Shown here one piece after another: positions 63,239 to 64,000 of a stretch of 64,000 bases of DNA. The first letter of the stretch is position 1, and each line of letters starts with the position of its first letter. The stretch comes from Narcine bancroftii (Eukaryota), in contig NC_091471.1 in assembly GCF_036971445.1 (NCBI RefSeq), positions 169,756,001 to 169,820,000 on the forward strand, written 5' to 3'. The notes under the pieces are model-generated. The model was given only the letters and a program-made list of their open reading frames with translations. It ran no database searches and was not told where the DNA came from. A program made the translations under genes and the position numbers.

Positions 63239-63497
63239 CAGTGGTTTTCAAACGGCCCCCTGAAACCACTGTTTTAATCATACCTAATTGATTCATAATG
63301 TGCAATGGAAGTGGGCGAATGACATTTTTCTCAAGCAAAATATTTCATTAACAATTGGGTCTAGACCAGTGATTCTCAACCTTCCCTTCCCACTCACATA
63401 CCACTTTAAGCAATCCCTTATCAATCACAGAGTCATGATGGCATATGGATTACTTGAGGTGGAATGTGAGTTTAAGGGGGCAGTTTGAAAGCCACTA
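63239..63497. mobile_element. Composite hAT MITE with one unit internally deleted
   Basis: 8-bp TSD gtttaatt at 63231-63238 and 63498-63505. It has the same spacer as 52583-52693 (reversed), and the left unit is reduced to cagtggttttcaaacggccccctgaaaccactg. Confidence 0.9.
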
Positions 63498-63824
63498 GTT
63501 TAATTATGACCTCCTTGAGCAACCCCATTGTCCGAGATATTTCAATGGACAAACACTTCCAGTTTTATTGGGGTTGCTTACCAGACTTTGCGACTCTGAA
63601 AATGACTTCTCTCTCTGAGTGTAATTGTGTATCTGTAGGTGTGCCCCTGTGTCCAAACCTACAAAAATAACTTTACTAAAATATATATATATATATATAT
63701 TTTATACCTAAAGATTAATAATAATAATACAGTTCCATCACATACACATACACACACAATGCACAGTACATAATTATCACATATATACATCAAGTTGTAA
63801 TTTAAAACAAATATTTTGGGATGA

Positions 63825-64000
63825 TATACCAGGGTACCAGATACTATTCATTAATCTCATAGCCTGTGGGAAGAAGCTATTTCTCAGCATGATCTTCATG
63901 CTCCTGTACCTCCTTCCTGATGATAGTCAGTAAAAGAATCTGTGTGCTGGATGGCAAGAGTCCTCAATATTTCTTTGAACCCTATTTAAGCAATGTCCCT
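63825..64000 (-). mobile_element. Rex1-like LINE 3' region running off the window
   Basis: Matches 3590-3750 (agcctgtgggaa..gtacctccttcctgatg..gtcctcaatatt..gaaccctatttaagc). Confidence 0.7.

Overview
This is vertebrate genomic DNA, most likely from a cartilaginous fish (shark, ray or skate). That is inferred from the repeat content: abundant CR1, Rex1/Babar, HE1-like V-SINEs, SacSINE1-like Deu-SINEs and Penelope remnants. One host-gene exon is recognisable: the first coding exon of the type II (GGF2-like) neuregulin-1 isoform (28549-29026, + strand, phase-1 GT donor). It lies in a CpG-rich, repeat-poor zone; everything downstream is presumably its large first intron and everything upstream intergenic. 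Most of the rest is layered transposon debris. It includes many CR1 and Rex1-like LINE fragments (some nested), two young RTE copies, an L1 3' end, a Penelope GIY-YIG fragment with degenerate hammerhead-ribozyme motifs, and a complete but decayed Ty3/Gypsy element (56300-61466, 5-bp TSD) interrupted by a young CR1. It also includes hAT elements with 8-bp TSDs, a TGT..ACA long-TIR element, a probable solo LTR, a perfect 24-bp minisatellite and a 169-N gap. The observations most worth checking are: a Gypsy element with no tRNA primer-binding site but an LTR-complementary 15-mer in that position; a composite double-MITE that moves as one unit; hammerhead-like cores in Penelope termini; a young, CpG-rich AviRTE-like family; and an upstream ORF whose stop overlaps an internal in-frame ATG of NRG1. 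Repeat family names come from motif recognition only, not database searches. Boundaries without a TSD are approximate.
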